Positions 62,118-64,000 of a stretch of DNA of 64,000 nucleotides are shown one piece after another. Each line of letters opens with the position of its first letter. Within the stretch, counting starts at the first letter, position 1. The stretch is from Candidatus Krumholzibacteriia bacterium (lineage in GTDB: Bacteria > Krumholzibacteriota > Krumholzibacteriia > Krumholzibacteriales > Krumholzibacteriaceae). The translations under genes and the position numbers were made by a program. The stretch covers positions 1,440,001 through 1,504,000 of the forward strand of contig CAWIIQ010000001.1 in the NCBI GenBank assembly GCA_963836185.1. The letters run 5' to 3'. The notes under the pieces are model-generated. The model worked only from the letters and a program-made list of their open reading frames with translations, had not been told where the DNA came from and did not search any database.

Positions 62118-63257
62118 TTGTCCCGGACAAGATATGTCGTATGCGCTCTCCTGACGATAATACTCCTTCTGGTCGTTCTCGAACTGATCACGATGACAGC
62201 GTTCCGGATCTTCAAGGACCGGTTCACATTCTATTCATCAGACAGATACGTGCTGTCGGAGAATGATGTAGAGCGGATCTCCACATGGTTCGACGCCGGG
62301 CTCGGATGGTCATATCACTACGATACTCCTTTCTCTGAAAGGCCGAGAGAGATGGAGTACGGGAGACCTCTTATATCCGCGTTCGGGGATTCATACACAC
62401 ATTGTACTGATGTAGAAGATGATGAGAGCTGGCAGCATTACATCTCTGTGATCCTGGAAGCCGACGCGTATAATTTCGGTACGGGCGGATACGGGACGGA
62501 TCAGGCATGCCTGAAATTCCTCGAGATCGCGCCGCTGCTCAGAACCGATGTCGTCGTAATTGGCCTTACTCCTGAGAACATAAACAGGATCGTCAATGTC
62601 TACAGGCCGTTCTACTTCTCGAAAACCGGAATAAAGCTGCCCAAGCCCCGTTTCGTGATCGACGGTGGAGCTCTGAAGCTCCTGAAGAATCCGATCGGAG
62701 ACAAGACAGAGATCAAACGTCTTGTCGACCGGGATTTTGTCATGAGTCTCGGTGAGAATGACTGGTGGTTTAACAGGGACCGGCACCCTGTGCTGGGATT
62801 CCCGCACCTCGGAATCCTGTTTAACAAGAGGATGTGGTTCGAAGCGACTCACGGAAAGAAGAAAGGCGGAGGACTGGACGACACGGTGCCGAGACCCTGG
62901 GAGAACCTCTGGGAGAATGATGAAGCCTGCAGGCTCATGGAGATGCTTTTGACTGAATTCATTGAAGAGATCAAAGAGAGGGGTTCAGCCCCGGTTGTTA
63001 TGATCTCAGCGATGCAAGCAGATGTTTTCAGGAAATTCATGACCGGGGATGACCCGGTCCCCGTGCAGCGGATAAAGGAATTCTGCGCATCGAGGGATTG
63101 TCTGTGTTTTGACGCTGTCGAGGTCCTTGCTTCAAGTGTCTCCGATATGGAACAGATCCCGGAACTTTACAACGTTCATGTATCGCCGAAGGGGAACAGG
63201 ATCATCGCGGAGAATTTTGCCGTTTTCCTCGAGGAACACAATCTGATCAGAGAGTAA
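62118..63257 (+). CDS. Membrane-anchored SGNH/GDSL hydrolase-like protein
   Basis: N-terminal TM; FGDSYT, NFGTGGYGTDQ, KPRF, HVSPKGN. Confidence 0.8.
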   Translation: MSRTRYVVCALLTIILLLVVLELITMTAFRIFKDRFTFYSSDRYVLSENDVERISTWFDAGLGWSYHYDTPFSERPREMEYGRPLISAFGDSYTHCTDVEDDESWQHYISVILEADAYNFGTGGYGTDQACLKFLEIAPLLRTDVVVIGLTPENINRIVNVYRPFYFSKTGIKLPKPRFVIDGGALKLLKNPIGDKTEIKRLVDRDFVMSLGENDWWFNRDRHPVLGFPHLGILFNKRMWFEATHGKKKGGGLDDTVPRPWENLWENDEACRLMEMLLTEFIEEIKERGSAPVVMISAMQADVFRKFMTGDDPVPVQRIKEFCASRDCLCFDAVEVLASSVSDMEQIPELYNVHVSPKGNRIIAENFAVFLEEHNLIRE

Positions 63258-63269
63258 AAGGTGGATATT

Positions 63270-64000
63270 ATGAGACGCTTTTTGTCACTGTTCATTTTCT
63301 CGATATTATTGACCGTTCTATTCTCTTCCGGTGTCAGCGCGGAAACAGTCACCTCTCCTTCAGGAGAGATAAGCCTGACTGTGCGCCTGGAGAACGGCCG
63401 GCCGATGTACAGTATAGCTTTTAATAAAAAGCCGGTAGTAAACGATAGCCACCTGGGCCTGATAATGGCCGAAGGGACAGACCTCTCGGCCGGACTAAGG
63501 GTAATCGATACCGCCAGGGAAAGTGTTGATGGCAGATGGACCCAGCCATGGGGGGAGAGGCGCGAAGTGCTCGACAGGCACAACGAGCTCAGGCTGGTGC
63601 TCGCCAGGGAAGGCTCGGATGATCCGGAGCTAATACTTGTGTTCAGGGTCTTTGTCGATGGTGTGGGATTCAGATACGAACTGCCGAAGAACAACGGTCC
63701 GGATGAATTCATCATAGCTGATGAAAAGACCGAGTTCGCCCTGGCAGGGGATAACAGGGTATGGTGGATACCTGCTTTCGAAAACAACAGATACGAATAT
63801 CTTTACACCGAGTCTGATGTCAGCGGCCTGAGATCGGTGCATACTCCGCTGACGATGGTTACGAAAGATGGTATTCATCTCTCGGTCGACGAGGCGGCGC
63901 TTACTGACTGGGCCAGCATGACATTGAAAAAGGCAGCCGGGAACATCCTCGAGTGTGAACTTGTCCCCTGGTCAAATGGGGACAAGGTCAGGGGGCGAAG
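63270..64000 (+). CDS. Glycoside hydrolase family 97 (partial, runs off window end)
   Basis: Manual translation: signal peptide, VTSPSG, 'SHLGL', 'WTQPWGERREVLDRHNEL', 'FRVFVDGVGFRYE', 'RYEYLY', 'HTPLT', 'EAALTDWASM'. Confidence 0.85.
   Translation, partial: MRRFLSLFIFSILLTVLFSSGVSAETVTSPSGEISLTVRLENGRPMYSIAFNKKPVVNDSHLGLIMAEGTDLSAGLRVIDTARESVDGRWTQPWGERREVLDRHNELRLVLAREGSDDPELILVFRVFVDGVGFRYELPKNNGPDEFIIADEKTEFALAGDNRVWWIPAFENNRYEYLYTESDVSGLRSVHTPLTMVTKDGIHLSVDEAALTDWASMTLKKAAGNILECELVPWSNGDKVRGR

Overview
GC-rich bacterial chromosomal segment, mostly housekeeping genes interleaved with secreted-protein genes. The gene content (FlgD-Ig/T9SS-like C-terminal tail, SWGxIK-type tails, choice-of-anchor W, M6 protease) suggests an FCB-group anaerobe such as Krumholzibacteriota or Latescibacterota; this is inference. 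In order: tamB end, a peptidase/PD40/Omp85 fusion, uvrD, a decayed tRNA-Val, an accessory minus-strand block, gatCAB, an ECF sigma/anti-sigma pair, secreted proteins and a Cys-rich histidine kinase. Next come two convergent B12 acyl-CoA mutase operons (isobutyryl-CoA mutase type and methylmalonyl-CoA mutase type), an M6 protease, dtxR-feoB, crotonase, tRNA-Leu-tig-clpP-clpX-lon-engB, purA, tRNA-Lys and a variable region. About 15 genes between 6.6 and 52.2 kb carry single frameshifts, mostly one extra base, which is most likely sequencing error. Best candidates for undescribed systems: (i) a shared C-terminal SW[G/S]xIK tail on three unrelated secreted proteins, a putative sorting signal; (ii) a coupled three-gene cassette of a tiny 'AYVDPGTGS' membrane protein, a kinase-like/methyltransferase fusion and an LtaS-like membrane transferase next to tRNA-Lys.
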